Below are positions 1 through 10,173 of a stretch of 34,299 nt of DNA, in pieces; the stretch's first letter is position 1; each line of letters starts with the position of its first letter. A program made the translations under genes and the position numbers. The DNA comes from Trypethelium eluteriae. Lineage: Eukaryota. The notes below the pieces were generated by a model that worked only from the letters and a program-made list of their open reading frames with translations, was not told the DNA's origin and did not search any database. Where the stretch lies: positions 1 through 34,299 of the forward strand of contig JAVECL010000232.1 in NCBI GenBank assembly GCA_051942245.1. Direction: 5' to 3'.

Positions 1-36
1 ACAATAGCATATTAAGGGGAGGAATTTTATTTTATT

Positions 37-140
37 ACGATAATTGTGTCGGCGCTGACGATATCGGCGATATCGCGGTAATTTATCGTACGATAGGGCT
101 TATCGTACGATACGTATCGCGCCTATCGTTGCCCAGTCTG
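37..140 (-). mobile_element. Probable terminus of a hAT-like DNA transposon (other end outside the window or lost)
   Basis: On the minus strand from 140 the sequence reads CAGACTGGGCAACGATAGG. It is followed by dense subterminal CGATA/TATCG motifs in both orientations, including TATCGTACGATA twice and CGATATCG twice. A CAG/TAG start plus short subterminal repeats is typical of hAT ends. No partner TIR or TSD is visible. Confidence 0.5.
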
Positions 141-358
141 CCTCCCCTAATACTTACGTTTGGAGATTGAAATATCATCCGGATATGTGATTAAGATAGC
201 AGCTTCTACCTTCAGATTCTAAATCGTGGAGTGACACCAAGGTTCAAATTGACTACCAGTTATTTAAGGTAGATATCACGTTAAAAGTCCCAGTTCAAAC
301 CGGCTTAACCTCAAACCCAGCCCGAAATACCAGATAGAATGCTGTCCATGCCTTGAAA

Positions 359-1849
359 TCATTCCTGATCAAGCTTCAGCTTGTCCAGTAAATTCAAAAT
401 GTCCTGTACCTTTTTCTCTAATGCCTCGTGCTTCTGCTGAATCTCCGCAACCACCCAGCGTGTCACTTGCAGGAATGCCATTTTAGCGACGTCAATATCC
501 ATCGACTCGCTAAACCTCTCCCAAATATGCACTGGCAAGTCTGTCCCCGTCATGTCGCCGGCGCTCTTCTTGAGATCAGTATCCATCTTCCTTCCCGCAT
601 CAACTATCTCTTGCAGCTTATTCTTGATTGCCTTGAGGAGAAGTTTGTCGCCGTAGCCCATGATCGATGGCATCGATACAACTGGTGGCGTAATCCGTTT
701 GACGTTGCTGTACACATCCTCTACCAGATCCCTCAGTGAGTTCCAGCGGTTCCTTCCTCCGTCCTTCGACTCAGTGAGCCGGAAATGACCTTCCATGAGA
801 AATCCCCGTAAGAGATGGTACTCTATCAGGATAAATGGTTCGCGTTCGGTGAGTCCCTGGTTGAGTTGAAGGATGCTTTGTTCAGTTATACAATTAAGCT
901 CAGGCCAGATCCTGATAAGTTCTTGTTTCATTTGCATGGCTTCATCAAGAGTGAATTTTTGCTCGCACTCAACAAAAGTATACATCGCCTCATTCTCAGG
1001 TGGCGGACGATATGCAAAGTCTTCTTGGGCAAGCGCCAATGTCTCCTTAAGCTCTTGCAGCATCCAGGGCTCTTTCGACGCAGCAAAACCAGTAGTCAGT
1101 GCAAGTACCTCATTGATGAAGGACTGCTGGGGCTCCACGACGGGAATCGCTAGGTCACGAGCACGTTTGTATCGCTCTTGTTTCGGGGTAATCGCAGTGG
1201 CTGTGGTAGATATTGAACGTGTAACGACTTCCATAATCTTCTTGTTCCAGTTCGCCGAGCGATTATTCTTCTGAGTCGTCTCATTGCGAAACCTTGGCAA
1301 ATAGAAGACTTGGGGTGCTGAAGTGCCGAATGGTGTACAGAGACCACGGGTGGGGTTTAGTAATACCCAGAGCTTGAATGCTTTCCGAGGGCCACCCGCC
1401 GCATTGGTAGCAGAAGTCGATTCCTCTTTGGTAACGACAACATGTGGATCCGGCGTCGGCGTGAGAATGTCTTCGTCTGCAGGTCTATCGACGCCAACTG
1501 GTTTCTGCTTTCCCGTGTATTGCTTCGATACATCTAGGTGGCTGGGCACGTCTCGTGGGATGAAACCAACCACTATATACGTAAATGTGATTTCCGGATT
1601 ATCAGAATCGATCTCATCGTTTTCTGCCTTCGTCTTCTCCAGAGAGTCTCGAGGCTTGCCAGGTCTTTGATGCCTATCAAGTTCGACTTTGTACGGCATT
1701 GTACTCACTCCGCGGGCTTTCAATCGGATTATCTCACTCAGATGGTCCCTGAACATGCCGCCTGGGATTTGAGATGCCCAGCCATTAAGATTGAAGGCCA
1801 AATCCGAGATTTGCTCTTGTTTGTTGGTTTCCTTCCTTGGTCGATCCAT
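359..1849 (-). CDS. Intronless orphan protein, 496 aa (MDRPRKE...LKLDQE), helical with a C-terminal coiled coil
   Basis: The frame is uninterrupted. The ORF-track extension to 2107 runs through CT-rich UTR-like sequence and into the MITE, so ATG 1849 (GCCATGG context) is the likely start. No family recognised. Confidence 0.7.
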   Translation of the reverse strand: MDRPRKETNKQEQISDLAFNLNGWASQIPGGMFRDHLSEIIRLKARGVSTMPYKVELDRHQRPGKPRDSLEKTKAENDEIDSDNPEITFTYIVVGFIPRDVPSHLDVSKQYTGKQKPVGVDRPADEDILTPTPDPHVVVTKEESTSATNAAGGPRKAFKLWVLLNPTRGLCTPFGTSAPQVFYLPRFRNETTQKNNRSANWNKKIMEVVTRSISTTATAITPKQERYKRARDLAIPVVEPQQSFINEVLALTTGFAASKEPWMLQELKETLALAQEDFAYRPPPENEAMYTFVECEQKFTLDEAMQMKQELIRIWPELNCITEQSILQLNQGLTEREPFILIEYHLLRGFLMEGHFRLTESKDGGRNRWNSLRDLVEDVYSNVKRITPPVVSMPSIMGYGDKLLLKAIKNKLQEIVDAGRKMDTDLKKSAGDMTGTDLPVHIWERFSESMDIDVAKMAFLQVTRWVVAEIQQKHEALEKKVQDILNLLDKLKLDQE

Positions 1850-2069
1850 GGCGATGGCCGCAACTGTTGAATTTATGCAAGGAAATGGCAGCGATAGATG
1901 TGGACGGAGAGCGAGAAGGATGTAGAGTGAGGAGGATGGGGAATGAGGAGGATGGAGAGTAAGAAAAATTTCGCAACCGAAGGAGCCTAGTGAGCCATAG
2001 CTCATAGGAGTCTGAAAGTAGGTAAGTGAAGTGAAGAATGGACATGTGATGACCCTTACCTGATGCGTA

Positions 2070-2250
2070 CCTTGCGGCGGCTGGGGGGTTCCCCAACAGG
2101 TAAACAATACAATGTCATTTCGAATTCACTGTTAAGACCTTGTTGATCCATGTCAACATCGCCTTAACATGGGCCAACATGGTCATAACAGTGAATTCGA
2201 AATAACATTGTATTGATTACCTGTTGGGGAACCCCCCAGCCGCCGTAAGG
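2070..2250. mobile_element. Hairpin MITE family A, copy 1 (181 bp)
   Basis: Near full-length inverted repeat CCTTGCGGCGGCTGGGGGGTTCCCCAACAGG...CCTGTTGGGGAACCCCCCAGCCGCCGTAAGG, flanked by TA at 2068-69 and 2251-52. Homologous copies lie at 15002 and 32387. Confidence 0.9.
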
Positions 2251-2818
2251 TAAGTTCTCACATTCTACCTCAGACTCCCAACTACCTGTCCTGCATCTTA
2301 ATGACTTTACTGGTAATAAGATTTGGAAACCCAGTGCGTGCTTTATTTCAAATTTGTAAGATCAAGAGCACCACTCGAGAGTTCATTGACAAGTCCTTGG
2401 ATCAGAAAAACAACAATTTAACTCCTATTTCTCCAAGAATGTTAGACTTCATTCTCGTTTTAAGATAAGATGTATCAGGACACGAGCCATTCAGTTTTAG
2501 TTTGTGGAATCAAATTTAACAAAGATGATTTTTTTTCCGAACATAAATTTAAAGGCTGCCTGACCACCAAGAATGAGATTTACTGGGATTATTCAATACT
2601 TTAAGGAGTTTTAACCGAATCGTCAAATCGGAGTTTTCTGCTGGTGTGTACAATAAAGTGGATAAAATCGAGCTATGTACAGTGAAGTCGTGAAAAAGCG
2701 AACGGCATACCCCCTATCACTATCAACTCTCACTATCTACAACTTTTTGCTTGCACATCCGAAACTCCTTCCACCTCAGCGGCCCGACCTCTCCGACCTC
2801 TCAAAAGTCGTTGAAGCA

Positions 2819-3765
2819 CTACTGGCATTGGCTGTAGTAGGAGTTGAGAGCCTTGCAAGTGTAGGGAGCAGCGCAAGCAGTGGCGCCTGTCCAGCCAATG
2901 CCACCACACTGTCCGTATTCCGCCGCGGTTCCAGTGCTAGTGCCAGAGCCGGTACCAGTGCCAGAGCCGGTGCCTGTGCCTGTACCGGTGCCTGATCCAG
3001 AGCCAGTGCCAGAGGTGCTGCTCGTGCCCTTGCTGACGGTGATCTGTCCCTTGCCGCTTCCGCTCCAGCTCTCGACTGCCACGACCTGATAGTTCAGGGC
3101 GCCGAGCTTCATGCCGGCGGCAGACCAGGCATTGAAGTGGTTCTGGACGGTGACGGTACCGCTGGTGCGGGGAGTCTGGCGGATGGAGATAAACTGGTTG
3201 AAGGTCGTGGTGCCTTGGATGGATGGCTGATTGACCTGCTGGTGCTCCCAGATTTCATAGGTGGCGCCATCGCTTGTGAAAGTGCCCTTTTGTGTGCCCG
3301 ATTTCGGGTACCCAATTGGGTCTTCCATGATGTAGTACTCCACAAGCGGGTTTGTGGACCAGCCATAGACAGAAAGGAGGCCAACGCCCGAGGCTGAGAA
3401 GGAGCCACCGTAGGTGATCGGGCTGTAAATATTGGGTCAAACAAAGATATATGAAAAATAGAGGGTTGAGCTTCTTACTTTGCGTCTCCGGGTTGCCAGC
3501 CTAGCCCAACCACGAAGTCCTGGTTGGTGTTGTAGGATACCGAGTATGACCCAGCACCCTGGTTTGGTGTATACTGGACATTAGCACCGCTGGCAACGTA
3601 GTCTTGGTTGAAGTTGATGGCCTCAGCGCGGCGCATGAGGTTAGATGAGGAAAAATTGCCACCCTGCAGAGTGAAGTTCGGCACAGGCACAGGCTCTGGC
3701 GCTGGGAGAGCGAAGCCTCCAGCGACGAGCGCAGAGAGAGTGACGAGGCGAGAAGAGATACCCAT
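2819..3765 (-). CDS. Secreted endo-1,4-beta-xylanase, GH11, with Gly/Ser/Thr linker and C-terminal CBM1; exons 3765-3479 and 3422-2819
   Basis: Signal peptide [21 protein letters not shown]11 motifs [18 protein letters not shown] (nucleophile), [16 protein letters not shown] and [10 protein letters not shown] (acid/base). CBM1 [15 protein letters not shown]...YYSQC. GT-AG intron 3478-3423 joins the frames (GDA-N-PITY). Confidence 0.96.
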
Positions 3766-3862
3766 ATTTGAGATGAGATTGGAATCTGATGATATGATAT
3801 GAGAGTGGAAAGTAATGGATCAACGTTAGCAAAATGTAAGGAGACTGGCCACAGCTTGCGTT

Positions 3863-4157
3863 TTTATATCTGCGCTGAACGAATCTCCAGATCAGTGCAG
3901 GCGGGCAGATGGAAGTGGACAAAGAGTCAACCCATGTTGATCAACACGGCTCTACCTGATATAGTCAATCAGGTTGTTTAGTTCCGACTGCCGATTTCCT
4001 TTGGGATGAGTCGTAAATGAATCCCCAGGAGTTCGACGCATTAGCGGAACAGGTAAATTGCCCATTCGAGCGTACATTGATATTTAGCCAGACCCTGAAC
4101 ATAATCAGTCTTTCCAATCAAGTTTCGACAACCAGTCACTTTATCGTCAGGCTAAAT
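3863..4157 (-). promoter_or_regulatory. Xylanase promoter: TATAAA (3863-3868), two XlnR/Xyr1-type GGCTAAA sites (4083-4089 minus, 4150-4156 plus), CreA-type SYGGRG matches (3885-3890, 4023-4028)
   Basis: Exact matches to established XlnR (GGCTAA) and CreA consensus sites within 400 bp upstream of a xylanase. The motifs are short, so function is inferred. Confidence 0.55.
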
Positions 4158-6985
4158 GAGCAGTACGGATAAACAGACGATCCCTGCAGCTTAGACCCTA
4201 TTAAGATTTCATACACCCTCGTCTTGCAGAGAACGGGTCCCACCAAACGCCGCAAAACAGGGACAAGATGTGAGGTTCAGGCGTCAGCTTCATATCCGGT
4301 CATATGTGTCAGAGTCATGCGACAAGAGTTCGAGATCAGCCCTTTCGGGGGGATATTTTCGGGGTCGAGTAAGAAGTTTGCCAGAAGGGAGATGATGAAT
4401 CCTAATCCTAAGCTTTGCCGGTGGGCTGAAGACACCGGAGGCGATGTAGATGCGGATCTTAATACTTGCAGAATGCTACGATGTATGCAACCTTTGTTTT
4501 AAAATCTCAAACAGGGTAGGATGATAGCTGTCGAAGCCGTGTACACTGCTACTAGTCTACGAACGTGGCTGTAAAGCCAATCGAAGTGATCCGGAACAAT
4601 TTTGATCCGAATATAAACAGTGTCACGAGTGCCAAGAGTCGGAGGAGACTCCGAAACCCGATAACGCTAGTGACATGAAGCTTGCAACTGCTACTCCGTA
4701 CCTAGTCGCAGTTGCGATTGAGAAGGTAAGCGTATGAGGAAAGTACACTTGCACTCACAAGCTGACCTAACATACAGTTCATCCTCACAAATCGTCAACA
4801 CTGATACTGCGTTGGAAAGAGCTCCCGTAGCTTCAAGAGTAAACATAACAAGAAACGTAAAGAACAGAACCGGCGCCCACGTGCTTCACGAGAACTAAAG
4901 TGTGTCACGCGTACGATATCCTTGCTAAGACCCTGCAGTTCGGCTAATCGTAGGGCCAACTCCTGGGCGAGGGTTAGAGAGCCAGCTATTCAGGCAGCAA
5001 GAAAACTCTATTGCCCTCATTTAGCCGTACAAATTAGCCGTTCAGATACCAAGCCCGTCGCGAGAATGTGTCTCTGGGATACCGTAGGCGTAGAGTCGAG
5101 AGTTCTGAATTGAGTCCCTGCTGAAGATGTGGAGCAGTGGGCGAGACTGTCACACCGCTGGTGGACAGAGCAGGGCAGGAGGTTTCCTTCGGATACCATG
5201 GGGACTCCCATCAGAGCCATCAAAGCTGGATGAAAACACTGGGGCCAGCGAAGATTGCTCCTGCCATTGATCAAGCACAACAAGGTAGACTGGACTATTT
5301 TCGGACTGTTCCATTCTTAATAAACACAGGCACGAGATAAAAATTACAGAAACCGCGTGAGTCTAGGTGAGCATATTATGCTGATTTTAATGAAATGTCT
5401 CGTATATCTTGCTGGAGTCAGTTAACGAAATTCTTCAAACAATAGATCACTCAATGGCAAATGGACTCTCACAAAACATGTCACGCCAGCTAATATCTCG
5501 ATTTAAGATAGTGTCTCGTATGAGTTCGACAGATCGCAGGGACTCATCTCGAACTTTTCAAACTCAGAGTAGACTCGGCAACTCGACATCACACAGCTTG
5601 CGGCATACGTAGCCGGCTGAAAGACAGCACGCCTAGAAGATGAAGCCTACTCTCTGTCTTGAATATGGAGTACAAGCGTTCATCCAAGATATGATGTGAA
5701 GGCTCCATGATCTTTCAAAGAGCTCTGAAAAGTTGATCAAAAGCTCAACTCATCAGTCATTCTTGCAGGGAATGATATCCACGGTAACGAAGAGATTGAA
5801 CATCTATGTCACCAAAGCTGTGAAATCTTCTTGACTCCTTGCTCCACTTCTGGAACTGCTTATCATGATCTACATCGTGCAACGTCAGCTAATAATTGTA
5901 CAGACTCTGGGAGTATCCTTGGTCGGCTCGCTCTGTACAGTTCTAGGGTGGTTCCTCAGTCGACGTTCCACATAAGTCACAAAGATATGTCGATCACTGT
6001 CCATTACGCCAAAGGATAGACTCCGAGAAGACTGCAGATATGCAATCTTGAAATACGACGACCCCGAAAGTGATGAGCCACCATGGGTCCATGAACGATT
6101 GAGAGAATCCTCCTATTGTATTGGTAGTCGGCTGGCTTCTTTCTCGGCCTTATGGACGACATAAGATAAAATTCCATTCACATGACTCAAAGTCACAAAA
6201 AATTGCTCGGCGTTTTCGTCGGAGTACCCTCGAATGTGGACACTGAACGATGCGAACATTTTGTTGCAGAGAACCGACATGCACAGTTAGCATACGTGCT
6301 TGGTCACACGAGTTGACCATAAAATGGTCGAACTCTTCGACTCGCTGCAGTCACTAGAATGGAATATGCTCCATGCAGGACAATCTCCCTACTCATCCGA
6401 CATCAGCTCAGGCATCCCTGAGCGGGCGCTGGGCAGAATGATGGCTTCAAAAAGGAATTCCTGCCAACAAGTAACGGCGATACTCCTGTAAAAGTTCCTA
6501 CGTTCGTCTTGTGAGCGCAGTATCACTCAGAAGATCTTCCTTAGATCGTATTGATTCTGCAATCCTGCAACTGATCCTCATCTTCACCACTCTCCTAGAT
6601 ATAGCCTCTCTCTTGTTCGTCACCCTAAGATCATGGTTGCACTATTGTATGTAGTCATTCTCATGAGAACTTGTGCGTGAGAAACTCTCTAGCAGGAACT
6701 TCCGTACTGTATCAGAGCATCCGCGCTGGCAAACACTGTAGTCCTGTGTAAGCGCGGCGTGGCGATCTAGATAGGGGCCTTGGAAATTCAAAGCCATAGT
6801 TTTTGTTCAAAATTCAAGATCCTCTCATCACGCAGCGATTATCTACTCGCTCGAGGGCGTGCTCGCTACCGCACGTCGTAGTCGGCGGATACAACTCAAG
6901 TCTGTAGTGTCCAGAGTAATGGAGTCGGTTGACAAAGCTTGTTGTCTCGTACTGTTGCCTCCTACCCCAACAGCTGCTAGAGTAC

Positions 6986-7783
6986 CTAATCAGGCCAGCC
7001 AAATACATGTACATTCGCTATATCACTGGTGTTTGGTACTACGACATCCAGACCAAAGTCAACCGTACCAATCGGCCACTTTCGAAAGCTTAGATTGCTA
7101 CAGTTTGAACAAGAAATTGTCTGGCCCAGTCGGCGGTGTTCCGCATCTCTTGCGATGAGAGTCATCATATAAGCTTTAAAGAGGACGTCATTGTCATCCT
7201 CCCGAGTTAAGACAACGCCGATACTGGCGTTTTTGCCCTTCCTCTTTTGTGGGACTATAGTAACCCGCCGATTCGCATTGCCTATGACCGTCCGTGCTAA
7301 AGACACAAAGGAAGTTCCAGCGACACACCATGCCGTCGAATACACCCCAGTAAACCACGTAATTCCTTGATCATAAATTCTATCGATGCATATCTCATGA
7401 GGACGACAGGCACCCTGATACCAAAAGAGTCCCACTCCGTGTGGGGGCCCTCTCCATACAGGATAGTCACAGGAGATTGTGTAAGTGCCTGCGAATGTCT
7501 TGGTTAGACATTCAGATCCCTTGAACTGCGTAAACGAGGCGGGAGCACTGGGAGCTTGCAGTGGGCATTGATTGACTGGGTAGGATGCTTCTCTTTTGGT
7601 AAGAAAGTCAAGCATCGCAGCATCCCGCCTTCGGTCATCAGAAACTGCCTGATGATCCAATACGATAGAAAGGCTGTCGTTGTTGCCATGCACGACTTGA
7701 CTAGAGTGATTCGCAGAAAGGACATCAAAGGGAACGGCCATGATGAGGTAGGGCAATATGGAAAAGATGGTAAAGAATTTCAT
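6986..7783 (-). CDS. Secreted cysteine-rich effector-like protein, 265 aa, FOLD (SIX1/Avr3-like dual-domain) architecture
   Basis: Signal peptide and a pro-domain ending in a Kex2-like LTKR site. Six Cys in the N-domain include C-x5-C (CRPHEIC), and a CxxC (SCSNC) lies in a beta-rich C-domain. Intronless. Confidence 0.75.
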   Translation of the reverse strand: MKFFTIFSILPYLIMAVPFDVLSANHSSQVVHGNNDSLSIVLDHQAVSDDRRRDAAMLDFLTKREASYPVNQCPLQAPSAPASFTQFKGSECLTKTFAGTYTISCDYPVWRGPPHGVGLFWYQGACRPHEICIDRIYDQGITWFTGVYSTAWCVAGTSFVSLARTVIGNANRRVTIVPQKRKGKNASIGVVLTREDDNDVLFKAYMMTLIARDAEHRRLGQTISCSNCSNLSFRKWPIGTVDFGLDVVVPNTSDIANVHVFGWPD

Positions 7784-8662
7784 GATTTTGTTACTTATTT
7801 CTTGACAGTATGCAACTGGTCAAACACGATGCAGGGATGCGAGCGGCAAATATATGAGATTCGGACATTCAGCACATGTGGCATTAAAGGCATTCTCGCA
7901 GTGCCGCTCTGAGAGACTTCCAAAGATGTAATTCTCATGTGACGAGTTGGGGTCTTATGGTTTCGGTATGGCCGATACCGCAGTGGCGAACTCACACGGG
8001 ATTGGTGACACTGTTAGGGCAGCCACCGACCAAGGCCGACAGACCACCGAGTCCCACCATGAGCGGATGAAAAGAAAACGTGTCTTGCCCGAGCTCCACT
8101 TGGTTCGGATACTGCCAACAGTTCAGCGACTTGGCCTGTTCCTGATGCATCCAGCCTAAAAGGCTTTGCCAGCAATAAGAACCTTCAATTGCGACGTGAA
8201 GAGAACCGGTACATCTTGCCCTTGTCTGACCCTCAGTAACTGGGTCAGGAGACCGGTTGTGCCCACTACCTCTCCAATGCGACCTGCAACCCGCAACTCA
8301 TGGGGGTATTCTGAGCGATCCACTCAGTAGCGCCGATCCTCTGGTCCAGCATGCTCATGATTTAGGATAGAGCTAATGAGGCGCAAGCTAGGTATGGCCG
8401 GATATTGGAGAGATTGCACTTTTGTGTTCCGAAGAAGCTATCTGCTTAGGCAAGCAAGACGCAGGTTTGATGGAAATGGACGGAGGGTTCTGTGGTACCT
8501 TCATGCTCGATTGACTGCAAAGTTGCTAGGTGTTGGGAAGCGAAAGCGCCGTGCACAGAAAGTTGGGAGGGAGAGCTTCAAGCTCTCTTCTTCATCTGAT
8601 GGACCGGAGGAGATGCGGAGTACCAGGCGATCTTCACTCGGGTATTAAGTAGATAGACCTGT

Positions 8663-9635
8663 TCAACCATCCGCAAATTTCGCGGCCAGCTTTCGTCGCC
8701 GGCCTGACGCTCCTCCCCGTTCTTGTACCGTGACTGGCTCTATGGGTCCGCTTCCTGGTTCAATTTCGCGTAGCGGCAATGCGAGACTGGGTGCGCTCTT
8801 TATGCCTTTGCCTTGTTTCTCAATTGCATTTGCAGCGGCCTTGCGTATCTCACTTGGATCGATGTCATCCCACATGATGTCCGGAGACGGCGGTTTGGTA
8901 GGACTTTGATCCAAAGACTCTTCTGATATGGAAACGCTCTTTTCCAGCTCCGCACTCTGCCTTTGGAAAAGGGCCTCATCGTACTCTTCTGTTCTGATGT
9001 GTCAGCGAATGCTTGTGTTGGCAACTATTGTCGAGGAACTCACCGACGAAGGTCGATAGTCGCAAAGGCTCGTAGGTGATGAAGGAGCCCACTTTGTGTC
9101 TTCGCCGCCTTTGACCTGGTGGTCTCAAAGGCGCTCTGTCTTGCTCTATTATATCCTCGACCCCTTCCGCTGACTGTGGTACAGGTAATTCGCCTGCGCC
9201 TGGTTTCATCGTCTCCATTGCCGAGAGGGCACTCATCATACTCTGATGACAGGTCGATAGTAACGCATGCTTAACGAGGAATTCTCCCTTGACCGAAAGT
9301 ACCCACTCGAATCGATGCTGCAGCTTGACTGATTTGCCAATTTCATTGTCCAGTCTTGCATCTTCGAGCAAAAGTCCAATCTGGAAGAGAACTTCGTCGA
9401 TGTCCGTAATGGTCCCATCAACCCAGTCTCTCTTGGGAGGAGATACTTCCAACATCGCCGCCGTCTCCCGCCGCACTCGCAGAGCTTCGGCGCGGTCTTT
9501 GCGCACGCGATTGATAAGGGCACCAAAGACGTGAAGTTCCTCGCTCGCTTCCTTGAGCTCGAGACAGAATTTCGCAAGCTTGAAAGCATTGTTGATTCCA
9601 GTGAAGAGGACAGTCGGATCAAAAGGCAACGCCAT
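8663..9635 (-). CDS. Protein (~305 aa) with an N-terminal SesA/HeLo-like (fungal STAND N-terminal type) helical domain and a disordered tail; exons 9635-9044 and 8988-8663
   Basis: N-terminus FDPTVLFTGINNAFKLAKFCLELKEASEELHVF and the later HRFEWVL...LSTCHQSMMSAL match the helical pattern of SesA/HeLo-like domains. Intron GTGAGT..GCTGAC..AACAG (9043-8989) joins ORF 8976-9635 to the frame of ORF 8663-8914. Confidence 0.7.
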
Positions 9636-10173
9636 TCTCGTCTAAAGGTCAGAAGGGAAAATTCCTCCCACCGAATCTTTGAGATTGAAGATTTAAGCCT
9701 CCAAGCGTCTTCCAATATGCCGCGGCACTATCTTGCATCCTGGGACGCCACAAAAGTCCCAAAAGAGCATCTCCGCAGGGAAGCATCAGCCCTCGCTTCG
9801 CCCACCTGGATACATGAGTTTCAGACCCTGGTGCCCCCACTTAGCATGTGGGAGTGTACCTAGTAGCGTTGCATTGAGACGGGAACTGTCATCAGCGACC
9901 ACGTCTTATTGGCTATCTATTCATGCACTACTGCTTAATAGGCCGTGCTCCGATGCAATCTCACAGCTTGATATTGCTGTGCCTTAAAGGCAACTATTTG
10001 CCTTGCGCTTGGACACCAACCACCGCTGAATTGACGCTGCACTGCCGTAGCATCCCGAAAATTGCAACAAGAAGCTGATAATAGTAGAGCGCATGCATTC
10101 CCTTGGTTCGAGGACATTAAGCATCCATTTCACAAATGAAACTTGCACGCGTCTACCATGCTAATAACATCTC

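Noticed and set aside
10..152. Inverted match TATTAAGGGGAGG (10-22) / CCTCCCCTAATA (141-152)
   Set aside because: Short and imperfect, with no TSD; cannot be separated from chance.
1850..2107. N-terminal 86-aa extension of the 582-aa ORF
   Set aside because: It starts at a non-ATG codon inside the MITE and crosses CT-rich UTR-like sequence; ATG 1849 has a better context.
2070..2250. CRISPR array, tRNA or rRNA interpretation of the palindromes
   Set aside because: Eukaryotic context, no repeat-spacer periodicity and no cloverleaf; dispersed TA-flanked copies fit MITEs.
4500..6800. Long semi-open minus-strand frames suggesting a decayed gene
   Set aside because: No recognisable motif and several stops; BLASTX is needed before any call.
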